From: Guillardia theta CCMP2712
Taxonomy: Eukaryota; Protista; Cryptophyta
Length of the DNA stretch: 60,185 nucleotides
Reading direction: 5' to 3'
Assembly: GCF_000315625.1 (NCBI RefSeq)
Contig: NW_005434449.1
Span: 3,273-63,457, forward strand
Position numbers and translations under genes: made by a program. Shown one piece after another: positions 15,260 to 28,500 of this stretch (position 1 is its first letter; each line of letters begins with the position of its first letter). Below the pieces are notes generated by a model. The model had not been told where the DNA came from, did not search any database, and saw only the letters and a list, made by a program, of their open reading frames with translations.

Positions 15260-18200
15260 ATGAGTGAAGATCTAGAGGCGATGAACGAGCCGATCTCTAG
15301 CAATTCAGATGACGAGTCATCTCAGTGATCGAATCTGCTGCCCTAACTCAAGCTGACTTGCTTGCAGGAATATGGAATCGTCGAGTATGTACGTGGGACC
15401 CATTCCCAAGCCACGAGCTCCCAAGTCTAGTCACTACCGAGGAGTCAGCAAGACAGTTCGAGGTGATTGAAACTGGCATGGGGCTGAGCTCGTCTTTACA
15501 GCCTTGGCTTGATAGGGAAGTGGCAAGCTCGTCTCTGTGTGAACTCTACACAAAGAAATCTAGGATGCTCATTCAAAACGCCCGAAGATGCTGCTCGTGT
15601 GTGGGATGCCGCTGCAATCTTGCATTTCGGAACGGGTATCAACCCACAGATGTTGAACTTTCCTGATGAGTAATGCTGCTCTTATTGTTGTAAAGTTGCA
15701 ATCTCGACTGATATCTGCCATAGGTATAAACCGAATAATCATGAACACTATCAGAACTTCTTGATATCAGCGGGAGCACTCACTTGCGGGATCCGTTGGC
15801 AATCGGCTAAGGTTTTCTCAATGTATGAACAGTACTAGAACTGAAACAAGAGCAGGATCTCAATGAAAAGGATGGAATGCCTCGTGACGCTACACTGGAA
15901 GCAGCTTCATCACATCCAGTGAACGGTGAGACTATCCGCTCGTCGTCGGGATTGTTTGCTAAGTTTACACTTGGTAGTTTCTTACACAGCAGTTCCTGTC
16001 GTACAAGCGTACCCTTCCCAGGCAGTCTACATCTACCCGATGGGATCATATTCTTGTGCTCAGTCTGTCGACTATGATCTTAGGCCGTCCGAGGTGCAGG
16101 TGTACTTGATCGACGCTCCTGCTTTACCTCTGATCTTTGTTCACGTGTCGTGCAGTCAAACGAAGGACCTTCACCAGAACCAATCGAAAAACCTAACAAG
16201 AGTCATAAAACCAATTCACAGCCAACGTCCACCAAGATTTCAAGGCTGCAGCCAGGAGAAAATTTGGAAGCTGTCAACGAACAGGAGTTCTGCCCTGAAG
16301 GTAAGAGAGATATTCACTGCTGTACTGCCCTCACATCATCTATCTAGAGACACACATATTGCCAACCTTAAGAGGGGCGTTGGTCGATCCTGGTTTTGTT
16401 CCAATTTGCGAAGACGACTACGATGGAAGTGGGATGTTGGGATGGAACGAGTTCCAAAGAGCTTTTCGAGGTGAATCTTGGCTCGACGATCTTGAATTAG
16501 TTTCAAGGGTGACCATCTGATAGGTCAAGGTGTCCCCATGTCAAACTTGCAGCAGATGTATCGCTCGTATAAGAGAGGAGCCGAGGCTCCCATCAAGGAA
16601 CATTATCCCGACGTTGACCTGAGAAGAGCAGAAGAAGAAGCTGCTCATATGAGGTCTTGCGACTCACCATGTGCTCGTCCGTCCTAATTGCATGCAGGTC
16701 GATGATGGCGAATGGACTTTCACAGTTCCTCGACACTCTCGACGAGTATGGGCTGAAAGATGAGATGTGATCTTATCCTGTAAAGTTGCGAATCCCATGA
16801 CTGAGGTGACCAGTTTGGCCAACGAAGAATTGTTACGAGGAAACTTCATTGCTACAAATTGGAATGACTTCCAGAAACTGTGATCCAATCTTGCCTCTGT
16901 TTCCGATGAAAATGACTTCAATGGTGTATAGGTTTAGAGGAAGGGGAAGGCCGATGAATGAATTGCAAGAATTGTACAAAAAGTACAAGAGCTACGTCTT
17001 GAGAGAAGATTCATCGCCTGTCCAAAAACAGATAGAAACACAGAACGAAAAGAGTTTCACAAACAAAATTTCGAGAGAGAATGATCCGGCTGGAGTCGAG
17101 AGAGGATCTGTTGTTGAAATCATTAACAAAGTACCAAACAATCAGATCCAAGAATCCAGATTGGAAACTTTAAGCGAAGCACCTGCAAACACCCATTTGT
17201 CAGCCATTGAGAATGCAAGGGAAGAAGCAGAGAATGGGTAATTCAAATTTGCGCATTGCGACTGAATGTTGTTACGAGTTGATAATCTTGCTCAGGCTGC
17301 AAGCAACTACATTTCAAGACAACACCCTACAAGTTCATCACGGAGACAAGCACAAAAAGAAGCACTTCATTGAGATCGGGGCAGATCATGGGTTATGCTC
17401 CATCTGCAACGGAGAGACAGAATCCGACCTGTGGGTGGAATGCGATGAGTGTAAAGCCTGGCAACATCAGTTGTGCTGCGGGTAGACACCATTTGCCTGC
17501 CTGTGGTCCTTTGCTCACTTGAATTCCTTAGATACTTGTCAGAGTTAGACATTCTTGAGCAGCATTTCTGCGACGAATGTCTGGAAAAGAAGAACTCTGG
17601 GCAAGGAAATCCTTCCCAAGGGGGTGCAGATGCACAAACTCAAGAAGACTTGGACGATGAGGGAGATGTATCAGATGACGCCGGAAAGGGAGTGGATCGA
17701 TGGCTGGTTTACAGCTCTCAATCAGGGCTTTTCACTACTCATTACACAAGTGTCAAGTACAAGTGCGAAGAATTTGAAAAGAAACTCGACGGATACGAAT
17801 GGCGTCAAGGAAGAAGAGTGATTGATGTCGACCTTGCAGTAGCAGGTGAAAAGTGTCAGGCGTTGCTGTTCCAGGTCGAGAAAGAGAGTGGAATGTGAGT
17901 TGGAAAGTTGATTTCACCTTTAAGGCCCTCGTTCAAGAAACTATGTTGATCGGAAGGCTGCGTCTGCTGGTGAGCTCTGAAGGAGGTCCAAGTGCCGTAA
18001 CCATCTGAAACTGCGGTAGGTGCGAGAGAATCTCGTCCTTGGAGGTTTGATTCAGATGCAAACGACATTCTGCATCTACAAGATTATGAGGAGGCGTCGA
18101 GACAGCCTTGAACCCTCGAGAGAATTTGAGCCCTCGACTTTAAAAGTTCCTATCTGGCCGTCGCAGGACTTCCGATACGTCCGAGACTTGTTTCTCTCTC

Positions 18201-19440
18201 CGAGAGATCGACTGCTCGTCACCATAGGGCATGTTGTGCCCAGCGAGCTAGTTGACCGAAAGAAGTTGAACGAGTTGTCGTTGCTGTCTGTGAAGCCTCT
18301 TGTGCAACTTGTCGCACAGGACGAGATGATGAGAGAGCTGAGGATGAAGATGAAGATGCATCTCCAAGGATTGAAGCGGCCAAGTGCAAAACACGCGGTA
18401 GAATTAGCATCATCGTGTGTGCATGAAGGAGAGCAGAAACGAAAAGTTGACGAGGTAAGCGGGGGCTTGGATGAAGGAGAGAATTCTGCCAAGAAACTTC
18501 GACATGTCTCAAGAGCAGAAGACGGGAGCTTTATTGGAAAAGTCTCCATCCCCAGCAAGGTGATCCATCTCGTCTCATCGCGTCTCTTGACATTTCCCAG
18601 CTTTCTGGGGAGGCAGACGATAAGATTGTTGAGCTGGGACGTTTTGAGAGCGAAGAAGAGGCGGCCGAGGCTTGCAATACTTATCTGTCAAAGTTCCCTC
18701 AGCAGCGAGTGAAATCGCTTCTCTTCTCTCCCGTTGGCAGTTCGTGTCTCGACCAGCAGCGTCGCGAGGAGAAAGGCGAAGGAAGGTGAGCAAGAGGGAG
18801 GATGGCGTGAGAGATCTTGATGCCTTCCTGCTGCAGGCAATCCGTATCAGCTCCTTCCCAGCTCGGGGGCGATAGGCCCAGCTGCAAGACGGGAGCACAA
18901 GGCAGAGTCTCATCAAGTTGTGTCCTCAAGCTGCTCAAGCCCCTCGTTAAGGGATGCCCGACGCTGCTGGTTCAGCTCGACAGCGGACGGCAGGAGGGAG
19001 GAAGCGCGTGCCAGACCTCCTTGTGGGAAGAAAAAATGTTCGAGCTCGAGCTAGAGGACGAGGAGAGTGAGCAGGAAAGCAACGAGGAGGAAGAAATTTA
19101 CTGTAACACCAACACCAGCAGTACCGGGAACGAGCAAGGCACTGCTTCTCGGAGGCCGCTGGAAGATGATTCCTGCGGCGTCAAGGCGACGTCCAGTTCC
19201 GACACAAGCAAAGAGGACGAACGAATCGCGCGGGAGCTCGCGCAGCATGTCAGGCAACCACTCGCTGAGCTGCAGCCATCGGCAAGCGAGGAGAAGGCGA
19301 GAGCCTCAGGCTATTCCCAGCTGCTCCTGGAGTGCAACAGCTGCCATTCGATATGTGGAGTCGCTAAGGATCAGCTGGGCAAGACGCTGGAGTGTCCAAT
19401 CTGCAGGCAACGCTTCCGTGCTTGCTCGCCTCGCGCGTGA
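15260..19440 (+). CDS. PHD-finger protein with C-terminal CxxC..CxxC zinc ribbon, many short introns (may be two genes)
   Basis: CSICNG...WVECDECKAWQHQLCCG...HFCDEC is a C4HC3 PHD finger (17390-17585). The C-terminus reads ECNSCHS...LECPICRQRF. The start codon is tentative. Confidence 0.65.
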
Positions 19441-19522
19441 GCTTGTCCTGGCGGCCTGCAGGCGTTTCATAGTGTTATAACAAGATGTTTACAAGAAGAT
19501 GTGAGCCGCTGCTGCCGGAGGC

Positions 19523-20914
19523 TCATCGGGACTGGCGGCTCAACCTCGGGGCATTTCCCTTGGACACGAAGAGAAGAGCTGAACCGCAGCCGATGCAGTA
19601 GAGGACTCCACACATCATGATTCCCACGTAGCCTATAAAGGCATAGTGCTCTGATCCTGGCTGATACCCCAGCCATGCTAGCAGAGGTCCAGCTACACAG
19701 GGGCCGAACATCGTTCCAAGGAAGGCAGCAACGCCCCACAAGGCGAGATCCTTGGCGCCGTCGGACTCCTGCAAGCAAACGTCACGCCGGATGCTTGTCC
19801 AAACAGACGAGACCTGCGAGGGGAGGCACTCAACGGCTAGGGCGTAGTCCACTGAGATGTAGATGCCGTTCCCAGCCCCATAGCAGATGCCAAGCAGGAT
19901 GACCATGCTGTACGTGTCCACAAAGCAGTAGCCGATGTAAACTAGTGCCATCACCGTCACTGCTGTATAGATGGCTGGCTTTCGTCCAGTTCGATCTGCA
20001 AGAGTTCCGGCAACAAGACTGACCAACCCTGACGATCCTTGTGAGACTATGCAGAGGATCGCAGTGCAAGACTTTGCGTTGTCGACAACAATCTGCTCTG
20101 TCATGACATCGCGCAAATAGTACAGGATGTAGATTTGCACTGAAACTGCCATGTAGTAGAACATTCGTGAAATGAACACCCAGAAGAAATCTCCGTGCGA
20201 AGACGGAGAAATCAAGTAGGCCGAGCGGACTTTCTTCCAGTCGATCTCAGAGCTTGCGCAGTCATGCCTCCTCTCATTGGCCGCGTACCATGTGAGAGGG
20301 GTGCAGATCGCGAGGGTTACAGCGTACAGGAAGTAAGCATGCTCCACTGGCAGGAGGAAGCCGATGCAGATCAAGCCAACCACAGCGCCCATGGCTGTGC
20401 ATCCTCCCATGATACCTGAGCACACGCTCATCTGATCGGCAGGGATCATGTCAGAGACAAGGCCGGTGAAGCCTGTGTAGGCGACGTTGAGGGCGAGGAT
20501 AGCGATCAAGAGAAGGAACAAGTAGACGAGGCCCCAGCCCATGCTCCTTGCGAGGTACAGGCATCCTACCATGCAGAAGAGAACCCCGTTCCCGGCCAGC
20601 ACGAAGGGCATGCGCCTGCCCATCGAGTTTGTGCTATGGTCTGATAGATACCCGGCGAAGGGCGAGACCAGCTGCGACACTCCAGCAATGCCGAGCATGA
20701 CGGCGAGGTAGATGGCGTGCTGCTGGGGGAACATCTTCAGTGCTTCTTCGGGTAAGACAATGACGCCGACAGAAGCGTAGAACAATCCATAGCTGAAGGC
20801 GTGAGCATTCAAAGCTAATATTTTCCAGAGACTGACATGCTCCTCCTCCTCTGTTCCACCGGTCATCTTCACTTCATAAATGGGCAATTCCTTACCAGCT
20901 GCTTTCCGACGCAT
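19523..20914 (-). CDS. Major facilitator superfamily transporter (12-TM, sugar/GPH-like)
   Basis: MFS motif A twice (GYLSDHSTNSMGRRMPF; GTLADRTGRKP) and about 12 hydrophobic helices. The ORF includes a probable in-frame 45-nt intron near 19769-19813, and an upstream exon near 20950-21050 is possible. Confidence 0.9.
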   Translation of the reverse strand: MRRKAAGKELPIYEVKMTGGTEEEEHVSLWKILALNAHAFSYGLFYASVGVIVLPEEALKMFPQQHAIYLAVMLGIAGVSQLVSPFAGYLSDHSTNSMGRRMPFVLAGNGVLFCMVGCLYLARSMGWGLVYLFLLLIAILALNVAYTGFTGLVSDMIPADQMSVCSGIMGGCTAMGAVVGLICIGFLLPVEHAYFLYAVTLAICTPLTWYAANERRHDCASSEIDWKKVRSAYLISPSSHGDFFWVFISRMFYYMAVSVQIYILYYLRDVMTEQIVVDNAKSCTAILCIVSQGSSGLVSLVAGTLADRTGRKPAIYTAVTVMALVYIGYCFVDTYSMVILLGICYGAGNGIYISVDYALAVECLPSQVSSVWTSIRRDVCLQESDGAKDLALWGVAAFLGTMFGPCVAGPLLAWLGYQPGSEHYAFIGYVGIMMCGVLYCIGCGSALLFVSKGNAPRLSRQSR

Positions 20915-22597
20915 CTCCTGAAGCCCGCCTCTGTCCCCCTCCTCATCCTCGAGAGTTCCGTAAGAAGCTCTTGGCCTGAGTTAATGTCAGTGTCTTCATC
21001 CCGTTTCACATCTTCGTCATAATCCCTTCTGTGATTCCCGAAACAACGTAGCACTTAGCCCTATTTTCTGTGGTCGCTTCTAAATATATTTTTGTTTCCG
21101 TTCTTTCTCATTCCTTGAAGCTTGCTTCTCGTGGTCTACACTTCAGTTCCACTTCTTCTTCTCCATCCCATCTTCCTTTATCTTTCTCTTTCGCTTCGGC
21201 ATGCTGCATTTCCGCACAGTCGACATTCATCACTCACATTTTGATTTATCTCGCCATCTCGAAATAGCGACGATTGAATGACCCCTACCCCTTCTATTCC
21301 ACTTCTGGACCCCCAGGTCCCATATACCTTCTGACAAGCTGCACCCTGTCGGACTAGTCGAGTCGGGCCCGGGCCGCTCTCATCAGTTCCGCCGAGCCGG
21401 CCGCCGGGCGGGCCGGGCCCCGTACACTGACTGCCACTCCGGCGGCCCGGCGTGTCGGCACGCCTGAGGGCCTTGGTCCAGCCGCGGCGTGTGCCGCCTG
21501 GGCGGCCGGTGAGGGCCAGTGTCAAGTTTACTTATCAAGGATCAGCAAGTACAGTAGTGGCATCATGGTACACAATTATTAGTCAGGAGAGGTCGCCTCA
21601 GGAAAAGACATAGAAAAATGAAAAGGACAGATAATATGTCACTACCCAATTGGATTGCTGTCTCTTCTATGTATGCGGTTGGTGGTATATGGTGGGTAGT
21701 TGAACTTCTTCGAGGGGGTGGGGTAGAGGTTGAACGACTATTTCCGGCGCGACATGTTCGATCAACTTCGCAATCAGTTTGAGGTAAGCGAGGAGAAGGA
21801 GGAGGATGGAGATGTGGACAAGCGAGGAGAACGAGGATGATGGGGATGTGGACAAGGAGGGTGGGGACGAGGATGATGGGGATGTGGACAAGGAGGGCAA
21901 GGACGAGGACTCTAAAGGAGAACAGAACGAGGAAGGCGAGGGAGATTGGAAGTACGAGAAGGAGGAGGTAGAGGAGTGGAAGCAACCGATTGTTAGACAG
22001 ACTTGGTTTACATGATGTAGTACAGGAACAAGAAGACTCGTGGTTGATGATAGACGTGCTTTGTGTTTTTAAGAGCATCTGCATGACTTTCGTAACACCA
22101 TTGATGATAGCAGATGGACTGTCAAGAGGCTCGCGTTCAACCCACAACCATGTTGGATGGATGGACTCAACTACCCAACAAGTATACGTCCCAGCTTCAG
22201 AACGAAGGAAAGAATCGCATGAATAGAATGTGAGACTGCTAAACTGTGAACTCATCGATGACGCATCTTCAGGTTGACCATGTTTACCGCCTAAACGACG
22301 AATCTATGACCATCTATTTAAAATAAACAACATGCTACTGTACACCCACATTCGGAGGCATGGCTGTCATCTGCTGATTCTTTTGCCTGGTCGTTTCCAG
22401 TCTATCACGTTAGAGTTGGTCACTGTTGACTGCCCGGACGCGTGCGATATCGATGCTTCTTCACGTACCGAGCTGCCAAAGCCATCAGAGGCAGGAGGCG
22501 ACAACTCACCTCGCACCTGACTGATTTAGGAGGCGTGTGAATGCTGAGCTCAGGAGCTTCTTGGCTGCAAGCAGACGCCAGCAACGCCTGCAGGGCC

Positions 22598-25500
22598 TCA
22601 GCGACACAAGAACATGCGACTTCGATGAGTCGACCATCTTGATTGCAGCGAGCGCAGAGGCAGGTTTAGGAGCCTAGATGCCGTCACTGAAGAACAAGTC
22701 AACACCCGAGGGTCACCTCGAGCAGCCAAGCTTGACTCGATGAGCCCCTCCGCCGCGCGTGCTGCATCATCACTCACGTTTGGCAGACCGGGGCAAGAGA
22801 TTACCTTGCTGGCTCCAATGGCCTGAATGGCGCAGCTGAAAGGCGAATCAAGAGCTGATCGAACCAGCTGCTCGCTGTTGCTTTCTGCCAAGTCCAGGAT
22901 CGAAAACCCTCGTTCATCCATCCACATCTTTGAAAGCCATTACATGAACAGAAAATGCCGTCCTCCTCCTTTCTTCCCTCCTTTCCTGCCTCTCTCGTTC
23001 CCTCCCTCCTTCTCTCCTGCTCTCCCTGCCTCTCATTTTGCCTCCCTCCAGTCTCTCTTACCGCCCTTGCTCCTGGTAGCAGACAAACAGCCGCTTTCTG
23101 TGTCAACCATATCTGAAGTTGTCAAAAAAGTCAGCAATACCACAAGCATGTCAAACAGATAATGAGAGGGCCACATGTCAACCATGTCCAACAGAACATG
23201 AGAGGGGCATATTCTCAAGTCTCCGCACCTGCGAGCTCTTCTCGCTGTGCCGTATGAGAGTGAAGGGGTATCGCTCTTCTATCAACCAACGCCCAAACGT
23301 GCTGGGAGCACGCGTAGACGAGTGGCTCCAGAGCGAAGCGAGTTCGTCCTGAGCCTGCCAAGAGGGGAGGGAGCGAAAGAGGTAGAAACGCGTCGTCGTT
23401 CTTTCCACTTCATTGACCCCTGTAGGAGAGAAGAAACCGTCTTTCTTCCAGATCGTTCCGTCGGCACTACATGAGCAGATGCCGACGTCCTGAGAGCAGG
23501 TCAAGTTTGACAAGTGGCTAGACTCTGACACACCTGCGAAGCTCTGAAGCGAAACTCCCCCGCACTGTTTGCCGGGACCTCGATGGTACATCGAGCTGAG
23601 AAATGAATGAAGGCGAGGAGATCCTTTGAGAGCTGAACGCCTGCTTGCCCCTTGCTGTGCTGAAAAAACCACGGGAAATTGCTCATGTTCCTGTGGATCG
23701 GCTTCTCCTTTCTGCCTCTCTCCTCATCCTGCTCCTGCAGTGCACATCGCACAGCTTCAAGGGAGGAGCGGCAGAGGGACGAGGACGGCAGCACTCGAAA
23801 CAGCTCTCTCTGAGCGTGCAGGGCAGAAACAAAGTTATGTGAGATATGGCGTACAGGAGGCTTCTTGGTGCTTGTCAAGTAGTGGTCGGCCACCTTGCCT
23901 CCAGCGAGACATCGCTTGAGCAGCAGGTACACATCGCGCATCAAGCGAACGACGAGGAAGCTTGCCATGGCAGCGCTGAACGCCAGGAAGTTGAATAAGA
24001 TCGCAGCAGCCAGGCCCTCCAGGAGGTCTTGTCGCGGAGGGACAGCAGCTGCGAAGGGCTGAACCTGCTTCGGGTCTTGAAAGACGACCACAACGAGCAG
24101 GGCCAAGATGGAAGAGATGAGACAAGACGTGGAGCTCAAAACTTCAACCCAGTTCACCAGGTTGTTCTCATATGGCCGCATCATCATCAGGGTGAAAAAC
24201 ACAAAGTTGACCACCAGGTAGAGAATGGCATGGATGCTGGGAGCGAGCTGGAAGAAAAGGAGCACTAGGACCATAAGCATTTTTCTTGCAAGAACCACCA
24301 ATTCGAACCATCCTCTCGTCCTTTGACAGTGCGAGATGAGAGGAAGGAGGCAATCTAGGGAGAACAGGTAAGTCACTCTCTCCAATCCGATCAGCTTGGG
24401 GAGAGCATATCTGAACTGCAACTGCACAAGCACTCCATCGGTAAGGTACTGCATGTCGCTGCTTGCGATCCCAACCACAGGAATAGAGATATCTTGAAAG
24501 ATGGCGAAGTTTTCAGTGTTGACTACTGGGGAGAAGGCTCTGTTTTTTTCGTTGACAATGATCACAGCGACAGCGCCTGCCTCTTGTATTCTCTTCACTT
24601 TCAACAAGGTCGACTCATGCTGCTCCCCTCGCCCGCGGAACACCATGGCGATCTTTCCGGCTATGGTCTCTTTGTTGAACAGAAAGTGCTGGGCGAAGAG
24701 AGGGTCGACGCGGTACACCTGCTCGCGAATCTCTTGCCTGGTACCGTAGGAGCTCCACAAGAATCTCATGCTCCTTCTCCCTTGCCGAGACCGATACCGA
24801 CGGTAGACATCTGCGACATGCGCGACAAGAGCGAGGGCAAGGGTGGAGGGCACCAGGACTGTCAGTCCCAAGCCCGCAAACCCAATCAGAATCCATTTGC
24901 GAAAGATGTCCAGTTTAGCAACAAATTTCTCGAAAGCATGCACTTGTCGATGAAAACGACGATAGGCCTCAAACTGTCTCAGGAAACCAACATGTCGCCG
25001 TCTTGCCCAGCCAAGGGTTCTGGCCATGCGGCTCAACCGCTTCTTCTGATACTTCTTAGTCTCCACAAAGTTCACTAGGGATGAAGCTTGGCATTGTTTG
25101 GCACGAGAGCATGACTGCTGCTGAGCAGAAAAGCACTTGACTTGAAGCTCTGACCTCTCCAGGGACCTTCTCATCTCGATCAACCTTTGCTTGAGCAACA
25201 TGACTCTCTCCTCACAACAGGCGATGGCCTCCTCCAGCTGTTCTTGATAATGTAACGCCCTCTGCACTTCTTTCTTCCTCCCCTTTGTCCTCTCCTGCTC
25301 CTCAATCTCAACAAAATTCTCCAGCTCTACTTTCGCAATCTCGTGTACTTCTGTCAAGTTTTGGATCTCCAGCTCAAGCTGAGAAATTTGTCCTACACCT
25401 TGCGACCTCTTGAGGCCGAGATCTTCGTCTTTGCTGTTACCGAGGTTGAAAACCTGGAGCACCCCGGACGCATCCACGTCTCGTTTGAGTCCCAGCGGGA

Positions 25501-28500
25501 GGCAGACGAGGGCGACCGGCAGAGCGACGAAGGCCAAGAGCAGCACGAGCTCGCTCAAGAGAGACTGCAGGGCATGAGGAGCAGAGTCGCACTCCAGGTA
25601 GGGATAGCTTCCCAGCACTCGCCGAGCTCCTGGGCTTGAGCAATTGTTCCATCGGTCATACAGCAGCTCGTCGCGGTTGGCCAGGCACGTGCAATCAAAA
25701 GGCTGGGCGATGCTCATGAGCCAGGGCAGAGCCGACCAGTGAAGCAGCCATGCCGTGAGGTTGAACAAGCCCTTCTTGGCCCTCCCGCTCCCAACGCCTG
25801 CAGCAATCAGACCAGAGCAAACTAGCAGCGCTGCAGGGAAAAACAAGAGTACAGCGTGACTGTACTGCCAGAACTTGTCGATGTCATGGATAAAACACGT
25901 AGGAGACATGAACATCGTCCGAAAACTGAGCACATGCAGCACATGCAGCACATCATTGTACTGTGCAGGCCAAAGAAACCTGATCGCCATGGAAAGATCT
26001 TGAACTTGTAGAAATGTGAGGAATGCTTTGAAGCATGTCACGAGTACGTCATCGTCGAATAGAGAGAGTGCGAGCAATACGACAACTAGAGAAGCTCCGA
26101 CGAACGACACCAACAGAAGCATGTCATTCCACCTCCCTGGACAGGCGCTACACTTGAAGTTGAGAAGGTCAGGAAAGAATCCCGAGGCGCACTCCTGACA
26201 GAGAGCGCCGCGATAGCCTTCCAGGCATCCGTTGTGGGTACCTGGGAGGAGCCGACATTCCCCCTTCGATCGATCCACCTTGGTGCAAGCGGCTTGGCAG
26301 CTAACTTCATCAGGAAACACTGTTCCGTTGGCGAAGCCGGGCCCGGAGAGGCACTGAAACCTCAGCCACCTGCCACTACACCAGGCAGGCATCGGGCAAG
26401 CGAGACACTGAGAGGGCCCAGCAGCCCCTTGAGCTGCCTGATACGTCCCTTGAGGACATGCCTGAGCCACGGACCCTCCCGGGCAGAAGAAGCCAGGCGG
26501 ACAAGTCAAGCATGCTGTTGTGCGACTCTGCCAACGCTTGAGGTAGTCGTCGTAGACGTGCACAAAGAAAGAGTAACTTCCGTCCCCGCACTCCCGGCAG
26601 CCATCCGCTTGAGACAGAGCCCCTGTCACAGGCCCCACGGAGCCTTGAGGACAGGAGGAGCAGGAAGTAGAACCATACGAGGACGAGAAGGTCCCTAAGG
26701 GACAATCTCTGCATGCCGACTGGCTCGACACCGAGTAAGTGCCAGGATTGCACAGCGCGCAGTCTCTCTCGCCGCAATTCACAGAGAACTTTCCAGCTGT
26801 ACAAGTTTGACAAACTCCAGAAAACCAGAAGCTTCCGGGCTCGCAGTTGATGACACGAAAGGGAGCGGATGAAGCAGATTGTTCTTGCATGGAAACAGGA
26901 GCGATGCTCACTCCCTGTGATGAGAGAAAGACAGCACTAGAGTTCTGCTCTTGCTTGGGATTGCGAATGATGAATGAAAACGCGTTGCTACTTCCTCCGT
27001 GTATGTTTGCTTGAATGTTCAAATACAGGTTGCTGTTCGTGATTGTGGCATGTGACTGGAGGGGGTTGTTGAGAAGCCAATCGAGGTTGAGGTTCGGCTG
27101 ATCGCATTGCCCGTAATCGTTCATTCGGGTCCAACTTCCGTTGGTTCTTTGCAACTTACCAGACTCGTCCAGGAAAGCCTTGGTAGAGTTCGTTACGCAC
27201 CCCCAGCACAGCGTCTTGCCATCCCATGTTGTTCCGCAGGTGTGAAACTTTCCAGCAGAGACTTGAGTCCAGCTGTAACCCTGCGGGACGTCGCACTGGC
27301 CATAGTTCACGTCTGGGCTGTTCCAAGCAGGGCAGTACGAGGGATTGCACTGACAACCCCAGCAGAGGATCTGGCCAGCTCCGGTCACCCCACATGAGTG
27401 GTACTCTCCTACTGACACTGCCTGCCACTCTTGCACCTCAAGAGGCACGTTGCACTGACCCTTGTCAACGTTGTCGCCGATGCTCGTCACCCCGATCGTT
27501 CGTCCCAGTCGATCTCTTCCACCACAACCCCAGCAGAACACTTTCCCTTCCAGACTCACGGCGCATGTGTGCCATATCGCCGTGCTGACTGCGCGCCATT
27601 GGTACGTTCCCTGACCAGGAATCGGAATCACCTGTCCGACGTTGACGGCGCTTTTGTTCTGCGCTCCCCAGCAGTAGAGCGAGGTGTCGTCAAGGATGCC
27701 GCACGTGTGGTAAGTGGCAGCGGAGATGGAGATCCAACTTCGAGCTGCGAGAAACGGAGGCAGGTCACACTGTCCCTCCCCGTTGTACCCCCAGCAGTGA
27801 GCTCTCCCCAAGTCGCTGATGCCGCATGTGTGCTGCTCTCCCGCCGAGATCGTGCTCCATTTGGCTCCAACCTTGAGGTGGGTGGCAGGTGGAGAGTAGA
27901 AAAATGGATCCACCAGTTGGCACGACCCCTTGCTCCTGAAGCAGCAGGGGGCGCATGCAATGGAGGAGCCTTCAGGATAGAAGACCAAGTAATCGCACGA
28001 CTCATCATGCTTGCAAACTTCTTGGCACTCAGACACAGTGCTTGCTCCTTGGATGAGGGCACTGTGGTTCTGAAAGATTCCGGAACAGTACTGGTCAGTT
28101 GCGATGGTTCTGAAGGTGTACGGAGAGCAGTCTTTGCACACGCAGTTGACGCTGGAGGAGCATAGGGATGATTGGTTGTTGGTGTTGAATCGAAGTCGGT
28201 TTAGCACTTGGTTGCTGAACAACCAGTCGCACCCCTTAGGAGAGCTAGGAGCATCCACTGAGATGATGAGCGAGTTGGAGGAAGTCAGCCCAAGGCTTTC
28301 CGCTGCTTTCAGACATTCTTGCGAGTCATAAATGAAACGACAGCCATTGGAGATACAGGATCCTTGTGCGTAAGTGTTGTAACAGAGGTTGTTTTGACAG
28401 CTTGTCGCTGTCGATGAGATATGAAGTTTCTGAATGACTTCGCTGCTGAAGTTTGTTGACTTGCAGTTGCACAATGCTCCGTAAAATGTGGGGCAGTTAC

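Noticed and set aside
21563-22255. Small acidic ORF (+) or hydrophobic ORF (-)
   Set aside because: It is a purine-rich duplicated tract following a GTAAGC donor-like site and resembles the microsatellite introns. I could not build a consistent gene model.
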